From positions 1 through 54,928 of the forward strand of contig JAYTXX010000141.1 of assembly GCA_043742725.1 (NCBI GenBank): 54,928 bases of DNA, written 5' to 3'. Positions 38,949-49,425 of the stretch are shown here, piece by piece. The notes under the pieces are model-generated. The model saw only the letters and a program-made list of their open reading frames with translations, had not been told where the DNA came from and searched no databases. The DNA is from Bacteroidota bacterium (GTDB lineage: Bacteria; Bacteroidota; Bacteroidia; 2-12-FULL-35-15). A program made the position numbers and the translations under genes. The stretch's first letter is position 1, and each line of letters opens with the position of its first letter.

Positions 38949-40505
38949 TTAAATAGTAAAATTAATTCCTTGTGCCAATGGCAAACTTGTTCCGTAATTA
39001 ATCGTGTTTGTTTGTCTGCGCATATATGCTTTCCAAGCATCGGAGCCAGATTCACGACCACCACCAGTTTCTTTTTCTCCACCAAATGCTCCACCAATTT
39101 CAGCTCCCGATGTTCCAATATTTACATTTGCAATTCCACAATCGGAACCTGCTTGTGATAAAAACAATTCCATTTCGCGCATATTGTTTGTGAAAATAGA
39201 TGATGACAGTCCTTGCGGAACGCCATTTTGCATTGCTATTGCTTCTTCAATTGTTTTGTATTTCATCACATAAAGTATGGGCGCAAATGTTTCTTCTTGT
39301 ACAATGTGATATTCATTTTTTGCTTCAATCACACAAGGTTTTACATAGCAACCGCTTTCGTATCCATCGCCAGATAAAATGCCACCTTCAACAATTATTT
39401 TTGCTCCTTCTTGTTTTGCTTTTTCAATTGCATTCAAATAATCTTGTGTTGCATTTTTGTCAATCAATGGTCCAACGTGATTTGTAGCATCCAAAGGATT
39501 TCCAATTTTTAATTGTGAATAGGCTTGTTTTATAACTGCAATTGTTTTGTCATAAATACTTTCGTGAATAATTAATCTTCTGGTTGAAGTACAACGCTGA
39601 CCAGCAGTTCCAACAGCACCAAAAACAGCACCAACCAAAACCATTGATAAATCAGCGTGTTCAGAAACAATGATTGCATTATTTCCGCCCAATTCTAAAA
39701 TAGTATTTCCGAATCGTTCAGCAACTGTTTTTGAAACGTGTCGTCCAATGCGTGTAGAACCAGTGAAAGAAACCAACGGAATACGCTTGTCGTTATTTAT
39801 CAAATCGCCCGATTCGTTACCAATTACAAGGCAACTTACTCCTTCGGGAACATTATTTTTTTTCAATACATCAGCAATTATATTTTGACAAGCAATTGCA
39901 CACAATGGTGTTTTTGAACTTGGTTTCCAAATACACACATCGCCACAAACCCAAGCTAAAGCTGCGTTCCAGCTCCATACTGCAACTGGAAAATTAAAAG
40001 CAGAAATAATTCCGACAACTCCAAATGGATGCCATTGCTCGTACATACGGTGCATTGGGCGTTCGCTGTGCATTGTCAATCCATATAATTGGCGCGAAAG
40101 TCCAACTGCAAAATCGCAAATGTCAATCATTTCTTGTACTTCTCCCAAACCTTCTTGCAATGATTTTCCCATTTCATAAGAAACTAATTTTCCTAATGGT
40201 TCTTTGTGTTTGCGAATTTCATCTCCTATTTGACGAACAATTTCGCCACGTTTAGGAGCAGGCATCAATCGCCATGTTTTAAATGCTTCTTCGGCAGTTG
40301 CCATCACATTTTTATAATCTTCGGCAGTAGCAGCATTAATGCTACCAATCAAATGTCCATCAACTGGAGAAAAAGAATCTATTTTTTTTCCTTTTGTATT
40401 AATATGTTTTAATCCAGTGCTTGCACCATAATTGTTTTCTTTTATTCCTAATTGTTTCAACACTTGTTCAATTCCAAAAGTGTTTGCAGTTAATATTTCC
40501 GACAT
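38949..40505 (-). CDS. pcd: ALDH7-family aldehyde dehydrogenase (L-piperideine-6-carboxylate / aminoadipate-semialdehyde dehydrogenase)
   Basis: GEVQEMIDICDFAVGLSRQL, ISAFNFPVAVW, LELGGNN, TAGQRCT, GAEIGGAFGGEKETGGGRESGSD. Confidence 0.9.
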   Translation of the reverse strand: MSEILTANTFGIEQVLKQLGIKENNYGASTGLKHINTKGKKIDSFSPVDGHLIGSINAATAEDYKNVMATAEEAFKTWRLMPAPKRGEIVRQIGDEIRKHKEPLGKLVSYEMGKSLQEGLGEVQEMIDICDFAVGLSRQLYGLTMHSERPMHRMYEQWHPFGVVGIISAFNFPVAVWSWNAALAWVCGDVCIWKPSSKTPLCAIACQNIIADVLKKNNVPEGVSCLVIGNESGDLINNDKRIPLVSFTGSTRIGRHVSKTVAERFGNTILELGGNNAIIVSEHADLSMVLVGAVFGAVGTAGQRCTSTRRLIIHESIYDKTIAVIKQAYSQLKIGNPLDATNHVGPLIDKNATQDYLNAIEKAKQEGAKIIVEGGILSGDGYESGCYVKPCVIEAKNEYHIVQEETFAPILYVMKYKTIEEAIAMQNGVPQGLSSSIFTNNMREMELFLSQAGSDCGIANVNIGTSGAEIGGAFGGEKETGGGRESGSDAWKAYMRRQTNTINYGTSLPLAQGINFTI

Positions 40506-40534
40506 AGTATTTGTTTTTAAAATTATTGGGACAG

Positions 40535-40542
40535 CAAATTTA
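40535..40542 (-). promoter_or_regulatory. Bacteroidota -7 element (TAAATTTG) for pcd
   Basis: TAnnTTTG 29 bp upstream of the start codon. Confidence 0.6.
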
Positions 40543-40600
40543 GTGAAAAAACAGCCATTGACTTATTTATTCCAATTTGTTTTTTGCAAAAATTGAAAAA

Positions 40601-41392
40601 TTATTTTTTTTCGGTAGGAGGATTTATGATTGCCGAAAATTTTGTTGCAATTGTGTTTGCAATAGCTGAAAAGCATTGTGCAACAATTTTCTTTGGATTA
40701 TTTTCCTTTGAATTAAAACGTGCATTGGCAACTCCTGCTGTAATGAGTTTTGATGTTTTGTCAATAATTGTGTAATGCACCGCTACTTCTCTTTGATAGG
40801 TATCATTTGCCATGTCATACGATTCCATCACAGTATTCATATCCAATTCATTGACGAAAATAAAATAATCGCATTTATATTTTTTATTCAAGTAAGGAAC
40901 CAATTCGGGATTGGTAATTTTAATGTTTGTAAATTTTTTATCATTATTTACTTCCACTGCAAGTTGCCCGTTTTTAATTCCACTTTGTTTTTTATTTTCA
41001 ACCGTTGGTGCAGTTGGCTTGTCCAACAAATCAAATGATAAACTTGTAGATTTATAAATGTATTCGAGGTCTTGTGAGGTTTTTGACGAATCAATATAAA
41101 AAGTAACAATTGGTGAAAGAATACTTTGCAGTTTTAATTTTAATTGAATATCCAATTGATGACGAAAATATTCTGAAAGTTGTTTGAAATTCCATTTGCT
41201 TTCAATGTATATTTTGTCGCCAATATTTCCCATATACATTTTTGGTTCGTAAGGAATAGTCATCATTTTTCCTTCTATTTCTTTTTTATTCAAATTGCTC
41301 GAGTTGGTATTAATAACGCCATCTTGCGCAAATGAAATGGTAGAAATAAAAATGAAAATAAAAGCGAAAAAATATTTTTGATAAAGTTTCAT
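40601..41392 (-). CDS. Secreted hypothetical protein
   Basis: 263-aa ORF with a signal peptide (SFA-Q), 6 bp downstream of rseP. Confidence 0.8.
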   Translation of the reverse strand: MKLYQKYFFAFIFIFISTISFAQDGVINTNSSNLNKKEIEGKMMTIPYEPKMYMGNIGDKIYIESKWNFKQLSEYFRHQLDIQLKLKLQSILSPIVTFYIDSSKTSQDLEYIYKSTSLSFDLLDKPTAPTVENKKQSGIKNGQLAVEVNNDKKFTNIKITNPELVPYLNKKYKCDYFIFVNELDMNTVMESYDMANDTYQREVAVHYTIIDKTSKLITAGVANARFNSKENNPKKIVAQCFSAIANTIATKFSAIINPPTEKK

Positions 41393-41398
41393 GAAAAA

Positions 41399-42718
41399 TT
41401 ATTTACTAAATAATCTAACAACATCGTTTCCGTTTGAATACAACAAAAGTGCCAACAACAAAGCCATTCCAGCATATTGTGCATATTCCATAAATTTTTC
41501 GTTTGGTTTGCGTCCTGTAATTACTTCGTATAAAAGAAACATTACGTGTCCGCCATCCAACGCAGGTATTGGCAAAATATTCATGATAGCAAGTACAATA
41601 CTCAAAAATGCTGTGAACGACCAAAAGCGTTCCCAATCCCAAGTTGTGCCGTATGCTTTTCCGATGGACATAAATCCACCAATTTCTTTGTGTGCATCTT
41701 TTACTGTAAATATAACTTTCATTTGTTTGATGTATCCATCAAACGTGTCGTAAGCTTTGTGCATTCCAGCAGGAAAAGCAGAAATAAAATCATATTTTTT
41801 TACAGCCGTTTCGAAAAAATTACCAATATTTTTTGTGAAAAAACCAAGTGTTCCTGTTTCGGAAACCATTGCTTTTGAAACAATGGTATCGTTATTTCTT
41901 AAAACAGAAATAGTAACTTCTAAATTTTTATTGTTCTTTAAATATTTTGTAACATCACTAAAAAAGGGAGTAGCAGCATTGTTGATTGCAATTATTTTAT
42001 CACCTTTCAAAAGTCCTGCTTTTGCTGCAGCCATTGTGTTTACTACAGAATCAACTATACACGGATAGCGAGGTTCAACAAGTGTGTATTTGTTTTTAAT
42101 CATTTCACTCAAATCATCTTCTGTGATTTGAAATTCCATTTTTGTTCCAGCACGTTCTACTTGTACACTTTGTGCTTTGTTAATAAGAATTTCATAAGGA
42201 ACTTTTGCAATATTTTCTACTTTTTGATTATCAACAGAAAGAATTTTATCGCCATCGCGCAATCCAATTTGGTAGGCAAGTGTATCAACTGCAACTCCGT
42301 ATTTTAAATTTTGTGTTGGTAAATATTCTTCGCCCCAAGCAAACAATACCATTGCATAAATTAAAATTCCTAAAATTACATTTACAGTAACTCCGCCAAT
42401 CATAATAATTAAGCGTTGCCATGCTGGTTTTGAACGAAATTCCCATTCTTGTGGTGGCAATTTCATTTGTTCTTTATCCATTGATTCGTCAATCATTCCA
42501 GCAATTTTTACATAACCGCCAAGTGGTAACCAACCAATTCCATATTCGGTTTCGCCTCTTTTAAATTTAAAAAGCGAAAACCATGGATCAAAAAATAAAT
42601 AGAATTTTTCTACTTTGGTTTTAAATAATTTTGCAGGAATAAAATGTCCCAATTCGTGTAGTACTACAAGTATTGAAAGGCTTAATATAAATTGAAGTGC
42701 TTGTGTTAGTGCGTTCAT
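41399..42718 (-). CDS. rseP: RIP metalloprotease RseP (M50, two PDZ domains)
   Basis: HELGH, PLGGYVKIAG, NILPIPALDGGH; ATG 42718 preferred over TTG 42739. Confidence 0.96.
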   Translation of the reverse strand: MNALTQALQFILSLSILVVLHELGHFIPAKLFKTKVEKFYLFFDPWFSLFKFKRGETEYGIGWLPLGGYVKIAGMIDESMDKEQMKLPPQEWEFRSKPAWQRLIIMIGGVTVNVILGILIYAMVLFAWGEEYLPTQNLKYGVAVDTLAYQIGLRDGDKILSVDNQKVENIAKVPYEILINKAQSVQVERAGTKMEFQITEDDLSEMIKNKYTLVEPRYPCIVDSVVNTMAAAKAGLLKGDKIIAINNAATPFFSDVTKYLKNNKNLEVTISVLRNNDTIVSKAMVSETGTLGFFTKNIGNFFETAVKKYDFISAFPAGMHKAYDTFDGYIKQMKVIFTVKDAHKEIGGFMSIGKAYGTTWDWERFWSFTAFLSIVLAIMNILPIPALDGGHVMFLLYEVITGRKPNEKFMEYAQYAGMALLLALLLYSNGNDVVRLFSK

Positions 42719-42720
42719 AA

Positions 42721-42772
42721 AAATTAATTCGTTAGTCAATTTGTTTAGTTGTCATTGGCAAATTTTCAAATT
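42721..42772. repeat. Degenerate 8-nt-period micro-repeats at the dxr-rseP junction
   Basis: Minus strand reads AATTTGAA AATTTGCC AATGAC then AACTAAAC AAATTGAC TAACGAAT; overlaps the dxr stop codon. Confidence 0.45.
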
Positions 42773-43920
42773 AGTCCGTTGGCAAATTTTCTGGTTTCTT
42801 TATCCGTCATCACATAATCATCATAACTTGGCTTAGCAATAAAATCAATAGTTTGCAAACATTTTTCTACTACATTACTCATTTGCAAAAATCCTATTTT
42901 ATCTTTTAAAAATGCTTCCACAGCAATTTCGTTTGCAGCATTTAAAACACAAGCTGCGTTTCCACCTTTGTTCATTGCTTCGTAAGCGAGTGCAAGATTA
43001 CGAAATGTTTTTGTATCGGCTTGTTCAAATGTGAGTTGAGGATAATTCATAAAATTAAAACGTGGAAAATCTGATTTCATTCTTTTCGGAAATCCGAGCG
43101 CATATTGTATGGGCAATTTCATATCGGGCAAACCCATCTGTGCTTTCATGCTTCCATCAGTAAACTGAACTAATGAATGAACAATGCTTTGCGGATGAAC
43201 AATTACGTCAATTTGTTCAGGCTTTAAATTGAACAGCCATTTTGCTTCAATTACTTCAAGTCCTTTGTTCATCAACGATGCAGAGTCGATGGTAATTTTT
43301 GCTCCCATTTCCCAGTTTGGATGTTTGAGTGCTTGTTCTTTTTTAACACTTGATAAAAATGTTTTGTCTTTTCCTCTGAAAGGTCCGCCAGAAGCAGTTA
43401 AATAAATTTTTTCAATCGTATTTTCCCACTCTCCTGCAAGACATTGAAAAATAGCAGAATGTTCAGAATCGACAGGGTAAAGATTTACTCCATTTTGTTT
43501 TGCAAGTTGTGTAACCAAATCGCCCGCAACCACAAGTGTTTCTTTGTTTGCTAATGCAATTTGTTTTCCTGCTTTAATTGCAGAAATAGTTGATTCCAAT
43601 CCTGCATAACCAACAATAGCAGCCAATACAGTATCTATACTTTCCATTTGAACTATTTCTGCAATTGCTTTATTTCCAGCAAACACTTTTATATCGTGCT
43701 TTTGCAAAGCATCTTTCACATACTGATATTTTTTTTCATCCGCAATTACAACTGTATTGGGATTGAATTCGATGGCTTGTTTGATAAGTAAATCGGCATT
43801 TCCATTCCCAGTAAGCACTTCTACTTGAAACGAATCCTTATTTGCTCGAACAACATCAAGCGCCTGTGTTCCAATAGAACCAGTACTTCCAAGTATTGCT
43901 ATGTTTTTTTTCTCAATCAC
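42766..43920 (-). CDS. dxr: 1-deoxy-D-xylulose-5-phosphate reductoisomerase
   Basis: LGSTGSIG, LANKE, PVDSEH, TASGGPF, HPNWEMGAKITIDSA, NAANE. Confidence 0.98.
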   Translation of the reverse strand: MIEKKNIAILGSTGSIGTQALDVVRANKDSFQVEVLTGNGNADLLIKQAIEFNPNTVVIADEKKYQYVKDALQKHDIKVFAGNKAIAEIVQMESIDTVLAAIVGYAGLESTISAIKAGKQIALANKETLVVAGDLVTQLAKQNGVNLYPVDSEHSAIFQCLAGEWENTIEKIYLTASGGPFRGKDKTFLSSVKKEQALKHPNWEMGAKITIDSASLMNKGLEVIEAKWLFNLKPEQIDVIVHPQSIVHSLVQFTDGSMKAQMGLPDMKLPIQYALGFPKRMKSDFPRFNFMNYPQLTFEQADTKTFRNLALAYEAMNKGGNAACVLNAANEIAVEAFLKDKIGFLQMSNVVEKCLQTIDFIAKPSYDDYVMTDKETRKFANGLI

Positions 43921-43930
43921 TTTATAATTT

Positions 43931-44800
43931 CTAAAATATCATATAATCTTGTGGATTCATTGCACTTCCATTGTACCACAATTCAAAATGCAAGTGTGGT
44001 CCAGTAGTTTGTTCGCCTGTATTTCCAATAATTGCAATGGGTTCACCCGCTTTTACATAGTCGCCAATTTTTTTTAGTAAAACAGAATTATGTTTGTAAA
44101 CCGATATTAAATTGTTTGAATGTTGCACCGTTATTGTGTATCCTGTTTCGGAAGACCATGTTGCTAAAATCACCGTTCCATCTAATGTAGATTTTATTGC
44201 TTCATTTTCTGGACCAACTACATCAACTCCAAAATGTTGTTCTGTTGTTTTAAATTGACTGGAAACAATTCCTTTTAATGGTGTGAAAAACGAAAAATTG
44301 CTAATTCCATTTTTATTACTTTCTGTTCCATAAGCCAAACTGTACTGGTCTTGCGATTCAATGTTTTTTCTCAATTGTGTTTCGTTTCGAGAAGCATTTA
44401 ATTTCAAGTTGGTGGTTTCTGTTTTTTTATCAGGACGATTTTCAGAGCTATCCGTTTTTACATTTCCACTCAACACATTTCCAATGTTTTCCAAATACGC
44501 ATTTCGTTCAATTAACGCTTGTTCCAGCGAGTCGCTTTTAAGTGTAAGACGAATTAAATTTCTTCTCACACCAACATCTGCATAACCAGGAATGTATTCA
44601 CGAAGTGGTGTAAATGCAATGAGAGAAGTTACAAGCATTGTCATCACAATGGTTATAGAACCAATTAAAATAACCAATCCAAGTGGCGTTAATCGTAATG
44701 AAAGTTTTTCTTCAAAACTATCATCATTCATAACTACCAATCGGTAGCGATTATTTAAACGGTCTAAAAATTTTCTTTTTTTATTTTCTTTTTCACTCAT
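43931..44800 (-). CDS. Membrane-anchored M23 family metallopeptidase
   Basis: HFGVD and GPHLHFE motifs; N-terminal TM helix. Confidence 0.93.
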   Translation of the reverse strand: MSEKENKKRKFLDRLNNRYRLVVMNDDSFEEKLSLRLTPLGLVILIGSITIVMTMLVTSLIAFTPLREYIPGYADVGVRRNLIRLTLKSDSLEQALIERNAYLENIGNVLSGNVKTDSSENRPDKKTETTNLKLNASRNETQLRKNIESQDQYSLAYGTESNKNGISNFSFFTPLKGIVSSQFKTTEQHFGVDVVGPENEAIKSTLDGTVILATWSSETGYTITVQHSNNLISVYKHNSVLLKKIGDYVKAGEPIAIIGNTGEQTTGPHLHFELWYNGSAMNPQDYMIF

Positions 44801-44993
44801 TTAGGGCGCAAATATCGGAATTATTTTGGGTTTTGGGTGCAGTGTTGTCAGAGTTATTACATATAAATTTAAAGGATTAGAAACATAAAAAATTTTAGTA
44901 TAATTTTTTTGTGTTGTTCCAAAATAACGATATATTTATACTCGAATTTTTAAAATAAAAAATCAAAATAATAATTAAGTAAAAACAAACCGC

Positions 44994-45380
44994 ATGAAAA
45001 AAATAATGATTTTAGGTTTTTTTGCCATTACTTTTCAATATAGTATAGTGGCACAGACATCTTCGAGAGAAAAGAATGATGTAACATTTTCTATTACTCA
45101 AAAAGGTAATGTTGTAGATTTAAATCCATACATAAGCGCTATTGAGAAAGCAAATTTCAGTTGCTATCATTTCGAAAATAATAGAAGAAAATTAGTATTC
45201 GATAATGGATTAGTAGTTGAACTTTTTTCAGCAAAAGAAATGATTGGAAAAAATACAGGTTTTGATTTGTCATGTTTAACAAACGAAACCCAAATGTCAA
45301 AAGAAAAACCAAAATATCATCTTGATCCGTCTGGTATTATTGTTGAAATTCATGGAGAAGATCAAATGAGAAAGTACTAA
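44994..45380 (+). CDS. Small secreted hypothetical protein upstream of the adhesin
   Basis: Signal peptide (IVA-Q), two Cys. Confidence 0.75.
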   Translation: MKKIMILGFFAITFQYSIVAQTSSREKNDVTFSITQKGNVVDLNPYISAIEKANFSCYHFENNRRKLVFDNGLVVELFSAKEMIGKNTGFDLSCLTNETQMSKEKPKYHLDPSGIIVEIHGEDQMRKY

Positions 45381-45423
45381 TCAAATTAAACAAAAAAATC
45401 AACCCTTTTAAATATTTCAACCA

Positions 45424-48400
45424 ATGAAAAAACAAATACTATTTTTAATTTTTTCCGTTTTAACAATTTCCGTTTTTGCTCAACCTGCGAATGATAATTG
45501 TTCTGGAGCACAAAGTTTAGGATTATTAGCAGCTCCAGGACCTTGTGGAAGCGGTGTTCAGAGTGGTGCAAAAACTACTATTTCTGGTACAAATGTGAAT
45601 GCTACGCCTGAAAGCCCTTATGTAACATTAACAGGTTGTTCTATGGCATCTCCTGCAAATAGTGTGTGGTATAGTTTTACAGTACCAGCAACTGGTTCGG
45701 GAGTAAACATTGCCATCACTGGAGCTACATTTTCAAATCCTAACATTGCTCTTTGGTCAGGCACTTGTGGTGCGCTTTCTGGCGTTGGTTGTATTGTTGG
45801 AAGTGCTGGTGCAGCAACACTTAACATTGGTGCAGGTATGATTTCAACAACAACTTACTATATTCAAGTGAGCGGAAATACAGGCGAATCGGGGACATTT
45901 ACAATGGCTGTAAACTCATTTCACGATTGTTCAAATTGTTTAGGTGCAGCACATTTTACATCAATATCCCCATCGCCAACTAACGGAACCTATCTTCCTG
46001 GGCAAACAGTATCTTTTTGTTTCCATGTGGATAGTTGGACCAATGTTAATACAAATTGGCTACACGGAATTCAACTTACTTTTGGTAATGGTTGGGATTT
46101 GACTACTTTAACAACAACTGCACCATCGCCAGCTTACAATTGCACAAAATGCAATTGGAGTTATTATCCATCAGGGATAACAAGTAGTGCTACAGGAACA
46201 ACTTGGCCTGCGGGTTTTTATTTCGATGGAAATGCTGCAAAAGGAGCGCCAAGTCAGGATGCAAATCCAGGAAACAATTTTGGAGACCCATTAGGTGGAG
46301 GAACAACGGGTGCGACTGTAACTACAACTTCAACACAGTGGCTTTTTTGTTGGACAATTAAAGTAAAAACAGGATGTAACCCAGGAATGAGTTTGGCAAT
46401 GACAGTGAATACTTCTGGTGATGGAGAAAGTGGTGCTTGGACAAGTGCTGGTTGTAATGGAGATGAGCCTATATCGTTCAACGCAATAATTGCGTGTTGT
46501 CCTCCAACAGCAACAAGTACATCAACTTGTACTGGCTTGTCAACGGGAACTGCTACTGCGAACCCAGTTGGTAGTGCTGGACCTTACACATACCAATGGA
46601 CTCCAACAGGACAAACAACACAAACCGCAACAGGTTTGGCAGCAGGGACATATACAGTTACTGTAATAGATAAAAATTTATGTGTATCATCAACTACAGT
46701 AACCGTTGCAGCTGTTCCAGGACCAACACTTACAGTTAATACACCTACTGTTTGCGCAGGAACAAGTGCAACATTAACAGCATCTGGTGCTACAAGTTAT
46801 GTTTGGTCAACAGGTTCTTCTACTTCAAGTACAACAGTTACTCCCTCAACAACAACAACCTATACATTAACGGGAACTTCTGGTTGCGTAGCAACAAAAA
46901 CAACAACAGTTACAGTTAATCCTTTGCCGGTGCTCAATTTAGCTTCAGCATCAATTTGCAGTGGACAAAGTACAACATTAACAGTAAGTGGAGCGAGTAG
47001 TTATACTTGGTCAGGAGGAAGTACCGGCTCTACCTTAAGTGTAACTCCAGTATCAAATACCACTTATACAGTAACAGGCACAACAGGCAGTTGCACATCA
47101 ACAGCAACGGCATCAGTAACAATAGGCTCCTCAATGACAATCAGTGTCAATTCGCCAAGCATATGTCCAGGAGATAACATATCATTAACGGCAAGTGGCG
47201 CAACAGACTATTTATGGTCAAGCACGGAGACAACCACAACTATAAATGTATCCCCAATGACAACAACGAGCTATACAGTAACAGGGTCGACTTCAGGATG
47301 TTCAGGATCAGCAATAAGTACAGTAACAGTAGGTTCTATCCCAACGATGAGCGTTAATTCCTCAACAATATGTTCGGGAAGCAGCACAAGTATAACAGCA
47401 AGTGGGGCAACAGATTACTTGTGGAGTACAGGAGAAACAACAGCAACAATAAGCATTAATCCTTCTAGTACATCAACTTATACAGTAACAGGAACCTCAT
47501 CTACAGGCTGTACAAGCACAACAACAGCAGAAGTATTGGTAAATACATTACCTAATATAACAGGAACAGCAACGATAGTAGATGATAATTGCGGAACAGG
47601 AGTAGGAAGTATAACAGGATTGAGCTCAACAGGCACACCAACATTAACATATACGTGGTCAAATTCAACACCAACGATAGTAAGCACATCAACAACAACA
47701 GGCGATTTAACTAATCAAACAGCAGGAGACTATACTCTAGTAGTAACAAGCAGTTCAAACACCTGTTTTGCCACAGCAGGACCTTATACAATAGGAAATA
47801 CAGGAGGTCCACCAGCACCAACAGCTACATCACCATCACCATATTGTCAAGGAGATGTAATAGCAGACTTAACAGCAAGTGGCACAGGAGGTACATTAAC
47901 CTGGTATTCAGATGTAAGCTTAACAACAGTAGTAGGAACAGGAAGCCCATTTGCTTCAGGAGTATCTAATGCAGGAGCAAGTGTAACCACCTTTTATGTA
48001 ACAGAAACAACAGGTTGCCAAGGTCCAGCCACAGCAGTAATGATAACTGTAAATGCAACACCAATAGCATCTGTAAGTCCAAATTTATCTACAGTTGATT
48101 GTTCAACACCAAGCTCAACATTAACAGGAGTAGGAGGTAATACATACAGTTGGAGTACAACAGACAATACAACAAGCATAACAGTAACCCCGACCGTTTC
48201 GACTACCTATACATTAACAGCAACCTCAAGTGCAGGCTGTTCAGCAACAGCCACAGCAGGAGTTGCGGTAGATTTAGCGCCACCAGCGTTAACAGTAACC
48301 CCAACAGGAACAATTGACTGTGCTAATCCGAGTGCTATATTAACAGCTACAGGAGGCAACAATTACCTTTGGAGCAATACCAATACGAATGCAACAATAA

Positions 48401-49017
48401 ATGTAACAACAGCAGGAGTATATACAGTAACAGCGACAGGAACAAACGGTTGTACAGCCACAGCAAGTTCAACAGTAAGTTCAACAGCAGGTCCGGTAGC
48501 ATCCTTTACTGCAAATCCATTGTCTGGAACACCACCCTTGACAGTAACCTTCACCAATACAAGTAGCAATGCAAGCACCTATTTATGGACATTTGGTGAT
48601 GGCAATACAACAACTACATCAACAACAACAACTCCTGTAACGAATATTTATACAGCAACAGGAAGTTATCAAGTAATAATGATAGCATCGCAAGGCAGTT
48701 GTACAGACACAGCAAGTGTAACGATTTTGGTATATGATAATTCATATATTTTTGTGCCGAATGTGTTTACACCAAATGGAGATAATACAAATGATTTATT
48801 TACATTAACATCAAAAGGATTATCGACATTAGATGCAGAAATATATGACCGTTGGGGCTTGATGTTATATGAATGGCATACCATTAATGGTGGTTGGAAT
48901 GGTGTTACTACAAGCGGAAGTAAATCGGTAGATGGTACTTATTTTTACATTATTAAAGCAAAAGGAGCAGACGGAAAAGAGTATGTTGAAAAAGGACCAT
49001 TCTCTTTGTTTCGATAG
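45424..49017 (+). CDS. T9SS cargo adhesin with Thr/Ser-rich Ig-like repeats, a SprB-like repeat, a PKD domain and a type B CTD
   Basis: AQPANDNC N-terminus; TGLAAGTYTVTV; PLTVTFTNTS...WTFGDG (PKD); VPNVFTPNGDNTND...YDRWG...WNG...DGTYFY. Confidence 0.9.
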   Translation: MKKQILFLIFSVLTISVFAQPANDNCSGAQSLGLLAAPGPCGSGVQSGAKTTISGTNVNATPESPYVTLTGCSMASPANSVWYSFTVPATGSGVNIAITGATFSNPNIALWSGTCGALSGVGCIVGSAGAATLNIGAGMISTTTYYIQVSGNTGESGTFTMAVNSFHDCSNCLGAAHFTSISPSPTNGTYLPGQTVSFCFHVDSWTNVNTNWLHGIQLTFGNGWDLTTLTTTAPSPAYNCTKCNWSYYPSGITSSATGTTWPAGFYFDGNAAKGAPSQDANPGNNFGDPLGGGTTGATVTTTSTQWLFCWTIKVKTGCNPGMSLAMTVNTSGDGESGAWTSAGCNGDEPISFNAIIACCPPTATSTSTCTGLSTGTATANPVGSAGPYTYQWTPTGQTTQTATGLAAGTYTVTVIDKNLCVSSTTVTVAAVPGPTLTVNTPTVCAGTSATLTASGATSYVWSTGSSTSSTTVTPSTTTTYTLTGTSGCVATKTTTVTVNPLPVLNLASASICSGQSTTLTVSGASSYTWSGGSTGSTLSVTPVSNTTYTVTGTTGSCTSTATASVTIGSSMTISVNSPSICPGDNISLTASGATDYLWSSTETTTTINVSPMTTTSYTVTGSTSGCSGSAISTVTVGSIPTMSVNSSTICSGSSTSITASGATDYLWSTGETTATISINPSSTSTYTVTGTSSTGCTSTTTAEVLVNTLPNITGTATIVDDNCGTGVGSITGLSSTGTPTLTYTWSNSTPTIVSTSTTTGDLTNQTAGDYTLVVTSSSNTCFATAGPYTIGNTGGPPAPTATSPSPYCQGDVIADLTASGTGGTLTWYSDVSLTTVVGTGSPFASGVSNAGASVTTFYVTETTGCQGPATAVMITVNATPIASVSPNLSTVDCSTPSSTLTGVGGNTYSWSTTDNTTSITVTPTVSTTYTLTATSSAGCSATATAGVAVDLAPPALTVTPTGTIDCANPSAILTATGGNNYLWSNTNTNATINVTTAGVYTVTATGTNGCTATASSTVSSTAGPVASFTANPLSGTPPLTVTFTNTSSNASTYLWTFGDGNTTTTSTTTTPVTNIYTATGSYQVIMIASQGSCTDTASVTILVYDNSYIFVPNVFTPNGDNTNDLFTLTSKGLSTLDAEIYDRWGLMLYEWHTINGGWNGVTTSGSKSVDGTYFYIIKAKGADGKEYVEKGPFSLFR
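46720..47550 (+). repeat. Four tandem Ig-like repeats of about 68-70 aa inside the adhesin (approximate boundaries)
   Basis: Recurring (I/V)CxG...TxSGAxxYxWS...P..T..YT(V/L)TG...C unit. Confidence 0.75.
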
Positions 49018-49036
49018 ATAGAGAAGAATATTAAAA

Positions 49037-49074
49037 CAAAAAATCCCAACGTGTTTTCCTGTTGGGATTTTTTG
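49037..49074. terminator. Bidirectional intrinsic terminator
   Basis: CAAAAAATCCCAAC / GTTGGGATTTTTTG between convergent genes. Confidence 0.88.
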
Positions 49075-49093
49075 ATTTAAAATTCAAATTTAA

Positions 49094-49411
49094 TTATTCG
49101 TTAATTAATATTAACGCTTCATTCAACTCTGCTAATGTTTTTCTGTTGTTTTGTTTTTTAGCAATCTCAATTCCTTTTTGATAGGTTGCAATTGCTTTTT
49201 CTAATTCGTTTCGTTCTTCGTAATATTTTCCTAATTGATAATAAGCGGCTAAATAATTTTCATCAAGCTGTAATACCTTTTCGATTAATTCAGTTGCTTG
49301 TAAGAAATTATTTTCTTTTGCAAACTCCAATGCCAATGCATAATTCAAGAACGAATCAGTTGGTTCGCTTTTTAGCATTTCTTGAATTTGTTGAAAACGA
49401 GAGAGCGTCAT
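49094..49411 (-). CDS. Small tetratricopeptide-repeat protein
   Basis: FLNYALALE, YLAAYYQLGKYYE...AIATYQKGI. Confidence 0.88.
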   Translation of the reverse strand: MTLSRFQQIQEMLKSEPTDSFLNYALALEFAKENNFLQATELIEKVLQLDENYLAAYYQLGKYYEERNELEKAIATYQKGIEIAKKQNNRKTLAELNEALILINE

Positions 49412-49425
49412 TTGTTTAATGTAAA

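Noticed and set aside
46720-48500. Adhesin repeats as a possible diversity-generating retroelement TR/VR pair
   Set aside because: Repeats differ at all four bases rather than only at adenines, and no reverse transcriptase is in the window
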